Positions 44,901 through 53,995 of a DNA stretch of 64,000 nucleotides are shown piece after piece. Positions within the stretch are counted from its first letter, which is position 1, and each line of letters opens with the position of its first letter. Source of the DNA: a virus; IMG/VR virus record IMGVR_UViG_3300028394_000034. The stretch is one strand, 5' to 3'. A program made the position numbers and the translations under genes. Under the pieces are notes generated by a model. It made no database searches, was not told where the DNA came from, and worked only from the letters and a program-made list of their open reading frames with translations.

Positions 44901-47279
44901 GGAGGCGGGGCATCTGATATTTTTGCAGTATTTAATTCAGATAAGACTAAGATATATATTCATCCTTATGGAAGTTATTTTATTTATGAACTAGATACAA
45001 CGACTAACACAGTATCTACTATGACTAGTCTTTTCCAAAGTTCTACTTTTAGTAATGTTTGGTCTGACATGATATATGATCAAACAAATGACAGACTTTT
45101 ATTTTTATCTTGGGGAGCTTTTGAGGTCAAAGCATTTAATTTAGCTACAAAAACTGCTACTACCATAATTAAAAATTCAACCACAACTTTAGGTTTTATT
45201 TATAGATCCAATGCGTTTTTGTATAATAATAAACTATATGCATTAAGTTCTACATATAGTAGTCTTAATACAACTTCTGGAACATTATCAGTAATTAATT
45301 TATCAAATAATACATCAACAAACTATGCAATAGATAGCGGACCACTCAGCTCAGGCTTTAATGAAACAACAGGCAAAATATATATTGGTTGTAATAATTA
45401 TTCTACTACTACAAATAAAATAAAAGTATTTGATATTGCTCAAAACTTATTCGAAACAGATATTAGTTTAAATTTAGGATCTAGAAGAATATATAAATTC
45501 TTAGTAGATAAAACTAATAATAAAATTTATGTATGTGGAGGAAATACTAGTGGAGGCTTTGTTATTACTATTGTTCCAGGTCCTGTTTCTGCTTCTGTTT
45601 CTTTATTAGATATTAATTCTAATATAGAGTCTATAGCACTAGATAGCACAAAGAATAAACTGTTCGTTTCTTCACAATCTTTGACAGGTATCGGGGGAGG
45701 CAGATATCCAGTAATAGTATCTGTTATAGATACAAGCAATACTACTCTATTAAAAACAACACAACTACCAATAATATTAGGAGCCCATTTAGTTTCAATT
45801 GATTCTTTAAATAAAATATATATTGCAGGAAGTACATTTTCGAGTTTTTTTACTGGTTCTGTGGTATCAATTTCTTCATTATCAGGGACCTACTCAGTAA
45901 AGAGTGGATTAGATTATTATCCAGCAAGATACATAAATTTCTACAATGCTGCAAGAATGGCTAATTGGCTTAGTAATGGAAAACCAACAGGTACCCAAAC
46001 AGCATCGACAACAGAAAACGGGGCTTATAATTTAAGTGCAGGAAATACTGGGACACCAGAAAGGAATACTGCTAATCCTAATACTGGAGGAGGAGCGCCT
46101 TTATATTATATAGCAAATGAGAACGAATGGTACAAAGCAGCTGCTTATAAGGGAGGAAGTACTAATGCTGGTTATTGGAATTATTATACGGCTAGTGACA
46201 AAGCTCCAAAAGCTATTTCTTTAGACTCTAATGGAGAGTCTATTAATTTAGTTCTAAACTCAGTAGCATCAAGAGAAAAAGATGGACTAACAGTTATGGT
46301 TGGAGATGATATTGTTTTAGTTGGTAATCCTATAACAAATGTTTGGACCAAAACAGACATAGCTTTTGCCAGTACCAATAATAGCAATAGCTATAAGAGT
46401 CCTTACCACATACTAATGAATAATTCAAGCACTATAGTAGTGATTCCTAAGAGTGTCTGGCCAAACCCATTACCAACTACTACCTATATTTATAGTACAG
46501 ATAATGGAGTTACTTGGACAGCCGCAACCCTATTTGTTCCGTCTGGGACAACAATAGGGGCTGCAATCTATAGTAATGGATATTTTGTTCTTATTCCAAT
46601 AACCACGACAAGTAGAACTGACTCGGTATATTTATCGACAGATGGAATTAATTGGACATCTTATGATGTCCCTTACCTAAAAGGTAAAACCTGGATAGGA
46701 ATGGCTAGTAAAGAAAATCTAATTGTTCTACTGTCAAATAGTTCTGCTGGGGCAATAAGTTATAGTGACGATATTTTAATAACAAGTCCAACTCCAACCC
46801 CAACAATCACAACGACACCCTCATCCCTTAGCATTTCCATTACTGAACAACCTTTAGACCAGTCCGTTCAACTAAATGTGGATAGTACCTCTGGACCAAC
46901 AGTTATTTTTTCTGTTTCTGCTATTAGCAGAGCTCAAATCTCATATCAATGGCAGCAATCAATTGATAATGGAGTATCTTTTAGCAATATAGTTGGAGAA
47001 AATAGTTCAAGTTTAACCATATCAGATATTACATTAGATGATAATAATTCTAAATATAGAGTAGTATTAACCTCTCCGGGTCTTCAAACAGTTACTAGTT
47101 CAATAGCAACACTAAAAGTATTAACTGGTTCGTGTATAACTATATCTCAACAGCCTGTTGATACGATAGCTTCTAATGCTTCTGTCACATTAACTGTGAA
47201 TGCTCGTATTCCTTGTGCTGAAACTCCAACTCCAACTCCTACTCCAACCGTAACACCATCAGCAACTCGAAGGATTTAA
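41952..47279 (+). CDS. Multi-domain adhesin: RCC1 repeats with LamG insert, BNR-like propeller with nested FGE and YVTN domains, one Ig plus a half Ig
   Basis: Multiple G..H..IK.DG.LW.WG.N..GQLG repeats; VSLLMHMDG..SKFG..DFTVE..WVHVAFVR..FNGYIDEVRISKG (LamG); YDMGGNVYNW..GVRFV..KYPVTCSEYVEFLN..ENEWYKAA; YQWQQS.D.G..YRVV. Confidence 0.75.
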   Translation: MVNFRKLITGNGFVLGIGDENDKLYVFGDEINKNSISRMGNDGDLYGSRWSSIAVNYKHSAAIDINNKLYIWGDNYYGQLGLGGSISNAVDPQLLNNDLWSSVSCGAFHTSAIKGDGSLWTWGDNTFGQIGNGTVGGNFSKFFPVQISSYDFNTVSLLMHMDGIDGSSVFTDSSFRNFTLNKVGSPVISTVQSKFGNSSYYKGTSSSSCLYTIDDAFKFGSEDFTVEAYVYLIGGSLGYNILMDTRKTSDGSGGSWFGVYNGMLYYEDKPTISMPTNKWVHVAFVRSSGSLKLYLDGVLVYTITSTIDYSSGYFSLGGASYSSLGATPFNGYIDEVRISKGVPRYLTNFTPTTVPFTNINEVYTKVVSGTNFNIAIKNDGTLWSWGNNTYGQLGLSDNLSRYIPTQITGTNWADISCGDGHVIAIKSNGELYSWGYNQNGECGLGDNSNKNAPNKITLLKANDSPINLVGITVDNQKRIACGRNHSFIIANTAGVNNVLYGTGKNDNGQLGTGDSIAKNFFTAIDLSKRHLSVNAGASHSIVKLDIPANQPTPSPTPTSTVTPTVTQTITPTVTPTVSITPTITPTKSVTPTVTPTISSSPILTRTPTPTVTPSQTPPSRIGKFWIPMTALSKVWSGIAYSSSLNKFIGVPIGNIGMVSSVGVGNSWQESNLLPNSIIWNVIDGGDFILGYGPNTLYTAISNDGFTWAPGPNSRQDTQSQEGSIISTSKVGNQIISLTYPLDAISPLGYRILKKDNSSLVFSNRIYHKDSNNKNIIYKDSANCNNVAKTLTDVRYNGGPGPYGTYDMGGNVYNWTDTTAGSYKVYRGNNYLSNFNTSRNYSVSPTTTDGSIGVRFVTTQSSPSYSSFVSVGDAGNSGNSGYGAVSYNYKIQKYPVTCSEYVEFLNAVALNGDPNSLYDPLMSEYSVPYGVKSQINLSSGTSGYPRVLLVKDVFLYVIHYPIGGSYIEVIDTSTDTIVKQIPFGGGGASDIFAVFNSDKTKIYIHPYGSYFIYELDTTTNTVSTMTSLFQSSTFSNVWSDMIYDQTNDRLLFLSWGAFEVKAFNLATKTATTIIKNSTTTLGFIYRSNAFLYNNKLYALSSTYSSLNTTSGTLSVINLSNNTSTNYAIDSGPLSSGFNETTGKIYIGCNNYSTTTNKIKVFDIAQNLFETDISLNLGSRRIYKFLVDKTNNKIYVCGGNTSGGFVITIVPGPVSASVSLLDINSNIESIALDSTKNKLFVSSQSLTGIGGGRYPVIVSVIDTSNTTLLKTTQLPIILGAHLVSIDSLNKIYIAGSTFSSFFTGSVVSISSLSGTYSVKSGLDYYPARYINFYNAARMANWLSNGKPTGTQTASTTENGAYNLSAGNTGTPERNTANPNTGGGAPLYYIANENEWYKAAAYKGGSTNAGYWNYYTASDKAPKAISLDSNGESINLVLNSVASREKDGLTVMVGDDIVLVGNPITNVWTKTDIAFASTNNSNSYKSPYHILMNNSSTIVVIPKSVWPNPLPTTTYIYSTDNGVTWTAATLFVPSGTTIGAAIYSNGYFVLIPITTTSRTDSVYLSTDGINWTSYDVPYLKGKTWIGMASKENLIVLLSNSSAGAISYSDDILITSPTPTPTITTTPSSLSISITEQPLDQSVQLNVDSTSGPTVIFSVSAISRAQISYQWQQSIDNGVSFSNIVGENSSSLTISDITLDDNNSKYRVVLTSPGLQTVTSSIATLKVLTGSCITISQQPVDTIASNASVTLTVNARIPCAETPTPTPTPTVTPSATRRI

Positions 47280-47282
47280 CAA

Positions 47283-50200
47283 ATGAGTCTAGCATATCAA
47301 TGGCAAGTTTCAACAGATGGCGGGGTAACATATTCAGATATACCAGCAAATACTCCTGGTGTTACTGGAGAAACTTCTTCTTCTTTGATATTAACTGGAC
47401 TTACAGCCTCTAATAATAAATCTAAATATAGAGTTAGATTATCAGACACCGATGCGGTAACATCTCCTACAAACAGCAAACCAGCAACAATAACAACCGC
47501 CCCATCGGTATCGATTGCTAACCTATCAAACGCTTTTTCTTCAAATGGATCTGCAACTATTACTGTTAGTGCAACATCTGATATTGGTAGTTTATCTTAT
47601 CAATGGCAAAAGTCAACAGACGGAATTAGCTTTATTAATCTTAATGATGTTACTGGATCAGTTTCTGGTTCTAATACAAGCTCTTTGGTTCTAAGTAATC
47701 TTGTTCCAGCTATCGATAATAATACTAAATATAGAGTTGTTGTTGGAGGACAATGTTGTGGTACCACAACTCTTTATAGTAATAGTACCATATCAACATT
47801 AACAGTTCAATCTACTAATCAAACAATAAGAATAATTGCTCATCCAACAGACGAACTGATTATCAATGGATTAGCAACCTTTACAGTTTCTGCAACAACA
47901 ACTAGTGATATCGGTCTTATTAATACTGGATCTGTTATTGGATATCAATGGCAAAAATTTATTAATAATGCTTGGACAAATATTTTAGGTGCTACAAAGA
48001 GTAGCTTAAATTTATCTGGACTAGTAAAAGCAGATGCTAATTCTCAATATAGAGTTGTGGTTTATGACTTCAATGGGTCAATATCCTCTAATATTGCACA
48101 AATCTTTAATAGTAGTACTGTTCCTCCATGCTATCCTCAATGTGGTGGTCAAGGATGGGGAGACGTTCATTATTATATAGAAGGTCCAGGGCGCTCATTT
48201 TTAGCTAGATTAGATGATAATCCACCAGGAGCTAAAAACGAACACCTAATATTGTATATTAAAAATAACAAAACAAATAATGAATATAGATTATCGGCAA
48301 CATTAAAGGGGTGGCCGGTAGTAAGTAATCCCAATCCTTTAATATTTGACAAAATTTACTTTAAAACTTTTGATGGACAACAAAATACAACTAAAATTGA
48401 AGAGCTGTCATTAGGATCAAAAAAAGTTATAGAAAATATAGTCTCTTTTACCACCTCTCCTCTAGTTATGCCTTTTGTATGGGAAATATTGAATCCGACT
48501 AATATTGCTGAAATTAATAATTTAGATATTACTATAGGAGGAGTTTGGTATTGGATTAATAAATCTTTCATAGAATATAAAAAATCAAATCCTAAATTTG
48601 CAAAATTAGGCTGGCCTAATATTTCGGGAGCAGCAGTTGATGGAATAGGCATGGTTTTAAAACCATATTCTATAGTTAGGTCGGATTTTGAAAAAGCAGC
48701 ATCAGCACAAGCTGGATCAGCAGAGTTATCTAAGGTTTGTGAAACTCTTGTTAATGATGATGGTGTTAAAAATTTCTGGCAGGATCTAACAGGAGTATTA
48801 AATCAAATTCCATATGATCCAACTACTGGAAAATGGAAAAATCAAGTAGAAAAAATTATTTGTATAACATCAAACCCGATATCTGCAATAGCTCAGAATG
48901 GATCAGCAACATTTTATTGTTCTAGCAATTACTCTACTGATTTCGTTTGGCAAAAATCTAAAGACAACGGTATTTCTTGGACTGATATAACGTCAAATAA
49001 TGATACAAATTTTATTATATCTGGAGACAAAAACTCAGTACAATCTTCTCTTCAAAAGTATAATTTGACAGTATCAAATAATGGAGAACTATATAGAGCA
49101 TTATTACAGAATAAGAGTATCACAAGCAATTCAGCTAAATTAACCTATACTGCTTCTAATCTTTCTATCCTAACAGAACCAGTTAATCAAAATAGTATTA
49201 ATTTACAAGCTACATTTACTAGTTATGCTAGTGGAACAGCTCCTATTAGTTATCAGTGGTATAAATCTGATAATAATGGTGAAATATTTGATAAAATATC
49301 TGGAGCAGTTAGTTCTGGAATATCTCTTACTAATCTTAATATGAATGATGACGGAGATCTTTATAGAGTAAATATCAAAGACGGAGCAGGAAACTCCTAC
49401 GATTCAAAAATAGCAAAACTAACAATTAATCCAGTTATAACAATAACAAATCAGCCAACTAATCAAACAGCTTCAAATGAAGAGACCGCCACCTTCATAA
49501 CATCTGCAACCTGCAATAACGGAGATATCTCTTATATCTGGGAAATGTCTCATGATGGAAAACAGTTTTCTCCCGTTGGAGGGGGTAGTCCTAGTGGAGT
49601 ATTAGCTTTATCTGGGCTTAAAAGCTATAACAATGGAGATATATATAGGGCAAAAATAATATCTTTACTTAAATCAAATTCTGTTTATACTAACAATGTT
49701 ACTCTTAGTGTTCCAAGAAGCTTATCTATAGCTACCCAACCAACTGATCAATTAGCTATAAATGGAACTGCAACTTTTAGTATAAATGCTTCTACTACAC
49801 AATCTAGTATAACATACCAGTGGCAAAAATCAACAGACGGTATAAACTATACCAATATAGCCCAAGCAACCGGATCTTCTCTTGTTCTTAGTAATCTTAC
49901 TTTACAAGATGACAATACTAAATTTAGAGTTATTTTACAAGATGACAGGGATTACTTAGTAAGTAATACTGCTAATCTAGATACTACTCCCCAAATAACT
50001 ATTACTCAACAACCAACAAGCTACACAGCAACTAATTATAGTGTTGATTTAACCTGTAATGCCACAACTACTGGTGGAGCTATCGCTATTCAGTGGCAAC
50101 AAAGTAGAGGAGATTATGAGTATTATACCAATATTTCTGGAGTAACAGCAACAACAAATAGACTAATACAACAGATTACTCCTGATGAAAATGGCAAGAA

Positions 50201-51290
50201 ATTCAGAGCCAAATTAGATGTAACAGGAGCACGAACAGTATTCTCAGATATTGCTACAATAACTGTTCCTCAGAGTATATCTATTAATACTTCTAATACT
50301 GATGTTCCAGTATCTAAAAAGGTTAACTATCCAAACAAAGATATAATCCTCTCTATTGATGCTTCTTCAGTCAAACCTCCACTAACTTATCAGTGGCAAA
50401 AATCAACACCAAGTGGATCAGTCGTAGCCTTTAGCTTTGCCAATAACGATATTCTATCTAATAAGGTTCAATTATTGTTAGAGTTTGATGGAACAATTAA
50501 TACTCAAAATTTTGTTGATAGTAGTCAAAATGCTTTAACAGTTAAAGTATACTCAAATAATACTGAAACAACTTCGGCTAATACTTCTTTAAACACTATT
50601 GTCAAAAAATTTGGATCTGCTAGTGCTAAATTTGATACTACTGGAAAATTAAGAGTGATTGACACAAATGATAAGTTAAAATTTCAAAATAATTTTACCA
50701 TAGAATGCTGGTACTATACCTCTTTGCCCCAAGATATGTGTTTGATTAGCAGGAGATTGACTACTACCACATCTAATGGTCAAGAAGGTTGGTTTTTAAC
50801 TCCATTCAGATTTGCTGCTAGATTAGGTTCTGTTTGGAAAGACAATCTAATAGACGATAGAATTTCTATTGATAATATGGATATTAATACATGGACACAT
50901 ATAGCACTCACCAGATCAAATAATACTTATAGACTGTTTCGAAATGGATTATTGGTTGGTTCATTTTATAGCTTTTTACCGCTAGATGAAAATTCTGGAT
51001 CTATTCATATAGGAGATGCTTCAGGAGAAAGCACACAACTACAATGGATTGGCTATATAGACCGATTAAAAATTACAAATGGAGTTGCTAGATATACTTC
51101 TAGTTTTGATCCTAATGCTTCTATTGATAGTAACTATACTTCTTATGGCAATTATGGAGCATATACAGATATATCTGGGGCCAATTCTAATACGTTAAAC
51201 TTAACTAATTTATCTGATATTAATAATGGTGAAAAATATAGGGTTATTTTAACGGATCAAGTTTCTCAAATAATTACAGAGGCAACATAA
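47283..51290 (+). CDS. Poly-Ig protein (about eight full Ig plus an N-terminal half Ig) with VWD-like and LamG inserts
   Basis: Repeated ITxQP...ATFxxxA...YQWQKS.DG...L.L.NL...DN..YRV; GWGDVHY insert; second LamG (VQLLLEFDG..KKFG..NFTIECW..WTHIALTR..GYIDRLKITNG). Confidence 0.8.
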   Translation: MSLAYQWQVSTDGGVTYSDIPANTPGVTGETSSSLILTGLTASNNKSKYRVRLSDTDAVTSPTNSKPATITTAPSVSIANLSNAFSSNGSATITVSATSDIGSLSYQWQKSTDGISFINLNDVTGSVSGSNTSSLVLSNLVPAIDNNTKYRVVVGGQCCGTTTLYSNSTISTLTVQSTNQTIRIIAHPTDELIINGLATFTVSATTTSDIGLINTGSVIGYQWQKFINNAWTNILGATKSSLNLSGLVKADANSQYRVVVYDFNGSISSNIAQIFNSSTVPPCYPQCGGQGWGDVHYYIEGPGRSFLARLDDNPPGAKNEHLILYIKNNKTNNEYRLSATLKGWPVVSNPNPLIFDKIYFKTFDGQQNTTKIEELSLGSKKVIENIVSFTTSPLVMPFVWEILNPTNIAEINNLDITIGGVWYWINKSFIEYKKSNPKFAKLGWPNISGAAVDGIGMVLKPYSIVRSDFEKAASAQAGSAELSKVCETLVNDDGVKNFWQDLTGVLNQIPYDPTTGKWKNQVEKIICITSNPISAIAQNGSATFYCSSNYSTDFVWQKSKDNGISWTDITSNNDTNFIISGDKNSVQSSLQKYNLTVSNNGELYRALLQNKSITSNSAKLTYTASNLSILTEPVNQNSINLQATFTSYASGTAPISYQWYKSDNNGEIFDKISGAVSSGISLTNLNMNDDGDLYRVNIKDGAGNSYDSKIAKLTINPVITITNQPTNQTASNEETATFITSATCNNGDISYIWEMSHDGKQFSPVGGGSPSGVLALSGLKSYNNGDIYRAKIISLLKSNSVYTNNVTLSVPRSLSIATQPTDQLAINGTATFSINASTTQSSITYQWQKSTDGINYTNIAQATGSSLVLSNLTLQDDNTKFRVILQDDRDYLVSNTANLDTTPQITITQQPTSYTATNYSVDLTCNATTTGGAIAIQWQQSRGDYEYYTNISGVTATTNRLIQQITPDENGKKFRAKLDVTGARTVFSDIATITVPQSISINTSNTDVPVSKKVNYPNKDIILSIDASSVKPPLTYQWQKSTPSGSVVAFSFANNDILSNKVQLLLEFDGTINTQNFVDSSQNALTVKVYSNNTETTSANTSLNTIVKKFGSASAKFDTTGKLRVIDTNDKLKFQNNFTIECWYYTSLPQDMCLISRRLTTTTSNGQEGWFLTPFRFAARLGSVWKDNLIDDRISIDNMDINTWTHIALTRSNNTYRLFRNGLLVGSFYSFLPLDENSGSIHIGDASGESTQLQWIGYIDRLKITNGVARYTSSFDPNASIDSNYTSYGNYGAYTDISGANSNTLNLTNLSDINNGEKYRVILTDQVSQIITEAT

Positions 51291-53758
51291 TGACTAAGAT
51301 ATATACTATTAATACCCTAGAAGTATATGCTAATTCCCAACACATAGACGCAAAAGTAGGAGAACCGTTGTCTCTTGTTGTTGATATAAAAATTAATTGG
51401 GTAGATCAAAGTAGTGCTCAAAGAATATTATTTTATCAATGGGAACAATCTTTAGATAGGGGAGTTTCATGGACACAGATTTTATTTGATAAAAATGTTA
51501 GTATGTTTGATGATAGGTCTTCTAATACTATTTATACTAATTCATATCTAGTTAACGGAGAGTTTGATTTTAAATGGGCAAATTTTAACATATTTAGTGA
51601 TCAATCTCCAAAAGCTTATCTTGATACCACTAGAGTTGTAGCTGCTCAAAACCAAGCAAGATATCGATGTAATGTTTTCTTGTATAATGTTGATTCTAAT
51701 ACTATAGAGTCTGTTGCAACCTCAGATACTATGACTTTATATGTTGTAGATGCCAACAATAATCCTATTAAGGATACTGATATTTTATGGGATGGTATTC
51801 CTAATAAAAGACCAAGCAAGGATACTATCTTAGACCAAAATACAGTTATTAAACTATTTAATCCTAATGGAGTTACAAATAACGTTGATATATTATTGAA
51901 TGGAATAAAAATAATTTCAAATGCTGTTTTACCAACATCTTCTAGTAATGCTTTGTCTATAAATCTTGGTAACTATGTAGATTCATTTGATCCCTCAAAT
52001 ATAACGACAGATACAAATTTAGGACAAATTAATGCTGGTCTTAATAGTTTAACTATTCAACAATCTCAAAAAACTACTACTTTTAGTGTTAATCCACGAA
52101 GTAGTTGGCAGTCAACAGGATTGTCTGTAACTAATGGAATGAAGTTAGTAATTTCTGCTGAGGGTTCGGTAGTATGGGGTGGTGGAGGATCCGTTGGACC
52201 AGATGGTGTCTATAATTCTGTATCTCTTGGTCTTGGTGGAGTAAGTGTTGATGCTAGATTTAAACATGAGGCTTTGCTAGGAAAAGTTGGTAGTAATATA
52301 TTTTTGATTGGAAGCTATTATGTTGGAACTATGTCAAGCGCAGGAACTTTAGAAGTAGCTACTAATGATACTGCGAGATCAGACAACTCCGGAAGTTTTG
52401 ATATGACAATCAGTAGTTCTACGATTAAAACTACTCCTATCAGCGTCTTGGCTGTTAAATCTGATGGAGCACTAGCAGACTTATCAACAACGCAAAAAGG
52501 AGTAGCTTCAACTCTTGATGCTAATGGTAATTTAGTATCTAATACTATTAATCCTCCAACTATTGTTAATAGCGATCCATTTACAGCTACTGGAGGTATG
52601 GCATTATTATTCAACTTTAAACCAGCACCACCAGCTTCACCAACTCCCACAGCAACAATAACACCAACAGTAACACCAACTAGCGTAACACCAACACCAA
52701 CAGTTAGTCCTGGAACTTCATCTACCCCAACGCCAACTATTACTACGAGCGTAACCCCAACCTTAACTCCAACAATAACTCCAACAATAACTACATCACC
52801 GACCAATAATAACAACCCAGGAGTTAATAGCGCTAATTGGAAGGCTAGTTCAAATTGGGATGGTACAGATGTTCTTAATCCTTCTGGTAATGTTACTTCA
52901 GTAGGTACTAATGGTGGTCCAAGCGCATATGGAACTTATGATATGGGAGGAAATGTTAGAGAATGGGCTAGTGATCTTTGTACTTGGTCAAATGGAAACA
53001 ATAGTTCAGATATGACAAGATCAATATTTGGATGGGCTTATGCTTCATCAATTTGTCTTTCTAGAAATAAATCAGTAGATTATAGTGCTGGAGATACTTA
53101 TTATAGTAATTCTCTGGGTTTTAGAGTTGTTACTATAGACAATCCGTATAATTTAAGTAATTTTGTTCCAGTGTCGGATACTAATAATACTCCAGACACT
53201 AGAGATTTTAATTCAGCATATCAAGTAGGAAATGTTTCTTATGCCTATAAAATTAATAAATACAAAGTAACAAATACTGAATACGTTGCATTTTTAAATA
53301 GTGTTGCTGTAACTGATACTAATGGTCTTTATGTTGCTGAAATGGGTGTTGTTAGAGGAGGAATAAGTAGAACCGGATCAAGCGGAAGCTACTCATACTC
53401 TGTTAAAACTAATTATGGAAATAAACCTGTAAATAATGTAACTTGGCTCAATGCTGTAAGATATTGTAATTGGCTTCATAATAATAAACCTATTGGAGCT
53501 CAAAGTTCGACTACTACTGAAGGAGGAGCATATACAATAGTATTGCCTCTAGATCCCAATGGAGATAACGGAGATCCCGTTATTCTTCCAACAGCTAATT
53601 CTGGAGCAAAGTATCGTTTACCAACATCAACAGAATGGTGGAAAGCGGCTTATTATGCTGGTGGAGGAACAAGTTCTGGATACTGGGAATATGCTACACA
53701 ATCTAATACTGAACCATCAGCAGCAGGCTGTAATAGTTTTGGAGTAGGACCTACATAA
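51290..53758 (+). CDS. Adhesin: Ig-like domain, LecA/PA-IL-like lectin, Pro/Thr linker, permuted FGE-sulfatase domain
   Basis: FYQWEQS..RYRC; FSV.PRSSWQSTG..G..L.I.AEG..GPDG..ALLGKVG..F.IG..ND..SDNSG; YDMGGNVREW..LGFRVV..KYKVTNTEYVAFLN..TEWWKAAYY. Confidence 0.75.
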   Translation: MTKIYTINTLEVYANSQHIDAKVGEPLSLVVDIKINWVDQSSAQRILFYQWEQSLDRGVSWTQILFDKNVSMFDDRSSNTIYTNSYLVNGEFDFKWANFNIFSDQSPKAYLDTTRVVAAQNQARYRCNVFLYNVDSNTIESVATSDTMTLYVVDANNNPIKDTDILWDGIPNKRPSKDTILDQNTVIKLFNPNGVTNNVDILLNGIKIISNAVLPTSSSNALSINLGNYVDSFDPSNITTDTNLGQINAGLNSLTIQQSQKTTTFSVNPRSSWQSTGLSVTNGMKLVISAEGSVVWGGGGSVGPDGVYNSVSLGLGGVSVDARFKHEALLGKVGSNIFLIGSYYVGTMSSAGTLEVATNDTARSDNSGSFDMTISSSTIKTTPISVLAVKSDGALADLSTTQKGVASTLDANGNLVSNTINPPTIVNSDPFTATGGMALLFNFKPAPPASPTPTATITPTVTPTSVTPTPTVSPGTSSTPTPTITTSVTPTLTPTITPTITTSPTNNNNPGVNSANWKASSNWDGTDVLNPSGNVTSVGTNGGPSAYGTYDMGGNVREWASDLCTWSNGNNSSDMTRSIFGWAYASSICLSRNKSVDYSAGDTYYSNSLGFRVVTIDNPYNLSNFVPVSDTNNTPDTRDFNSAYQVGNVSYAYKINKYKVTNTEYVAFLNSVAVTDTNGLYVAEMGVVRGGISRTGSSGSYSYSVKTNYGNKPVNNVTWLNAVRYCNWLHNNKPIGAQSSTTTEGGAYTIVLPLDPNGDNGDPVILPTANSGAKYRLPTSTEWWKAAYYAGGGTSSGYWEYATQSNTEPSAAGCNSFGVGPT

Positions 53759-53776
53759 TAAAAAAGGAGAATACCA

Positions 53777-53983
53777 ATGTTTGATCCATTAATACAATCT
53801 TGCCTTCCTATTTCAAAGTGGATAAATGAATGGAAAGATCGTCTACCTTCTATTACTTATCGTGGAGAAATGGCATCTCAAATATTTTCTATTAGAAAAA
53901 TTCATGGATATTCAGTTGCCAAGAGCTATGCTTACTATATTAGAGATCTTGGACATTATCCTACAGAGCTTCCACGCAATTGA
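53777..53983 (+). CDS. Small hypothetical protein (68 aa)
   Basis: Strong AAGGAG RBS; fills the gap between adhesin and next promoter motif. Confidence 0.6.
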   Translation: MFDPLIQSCLPISKWINEWKDRLPSITYRGEMASQIFSIRKIHGYSVAKSYAYYIRDLGHYPTELPRN

Positions 53984-53995
53984 CCTAATTACCGT

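Noticed and set aside
51240-51330. Donor-strand complementation between the last Ig of 47283 and the N-terminus of 51290
   Set aside because: The last Ig lacks only about three residues of strand G, and INTLEVY is better explained as strand A of 51290's own Ig.
38790-53750. Diversity-generating retroelement targeting the FGE/C-type-lectin domains
   Set aside because: No reverse transcriptase and no near-identical template repeat with adenine-specific differences seen in this window; cannot be excluded elsewhere in the genome.
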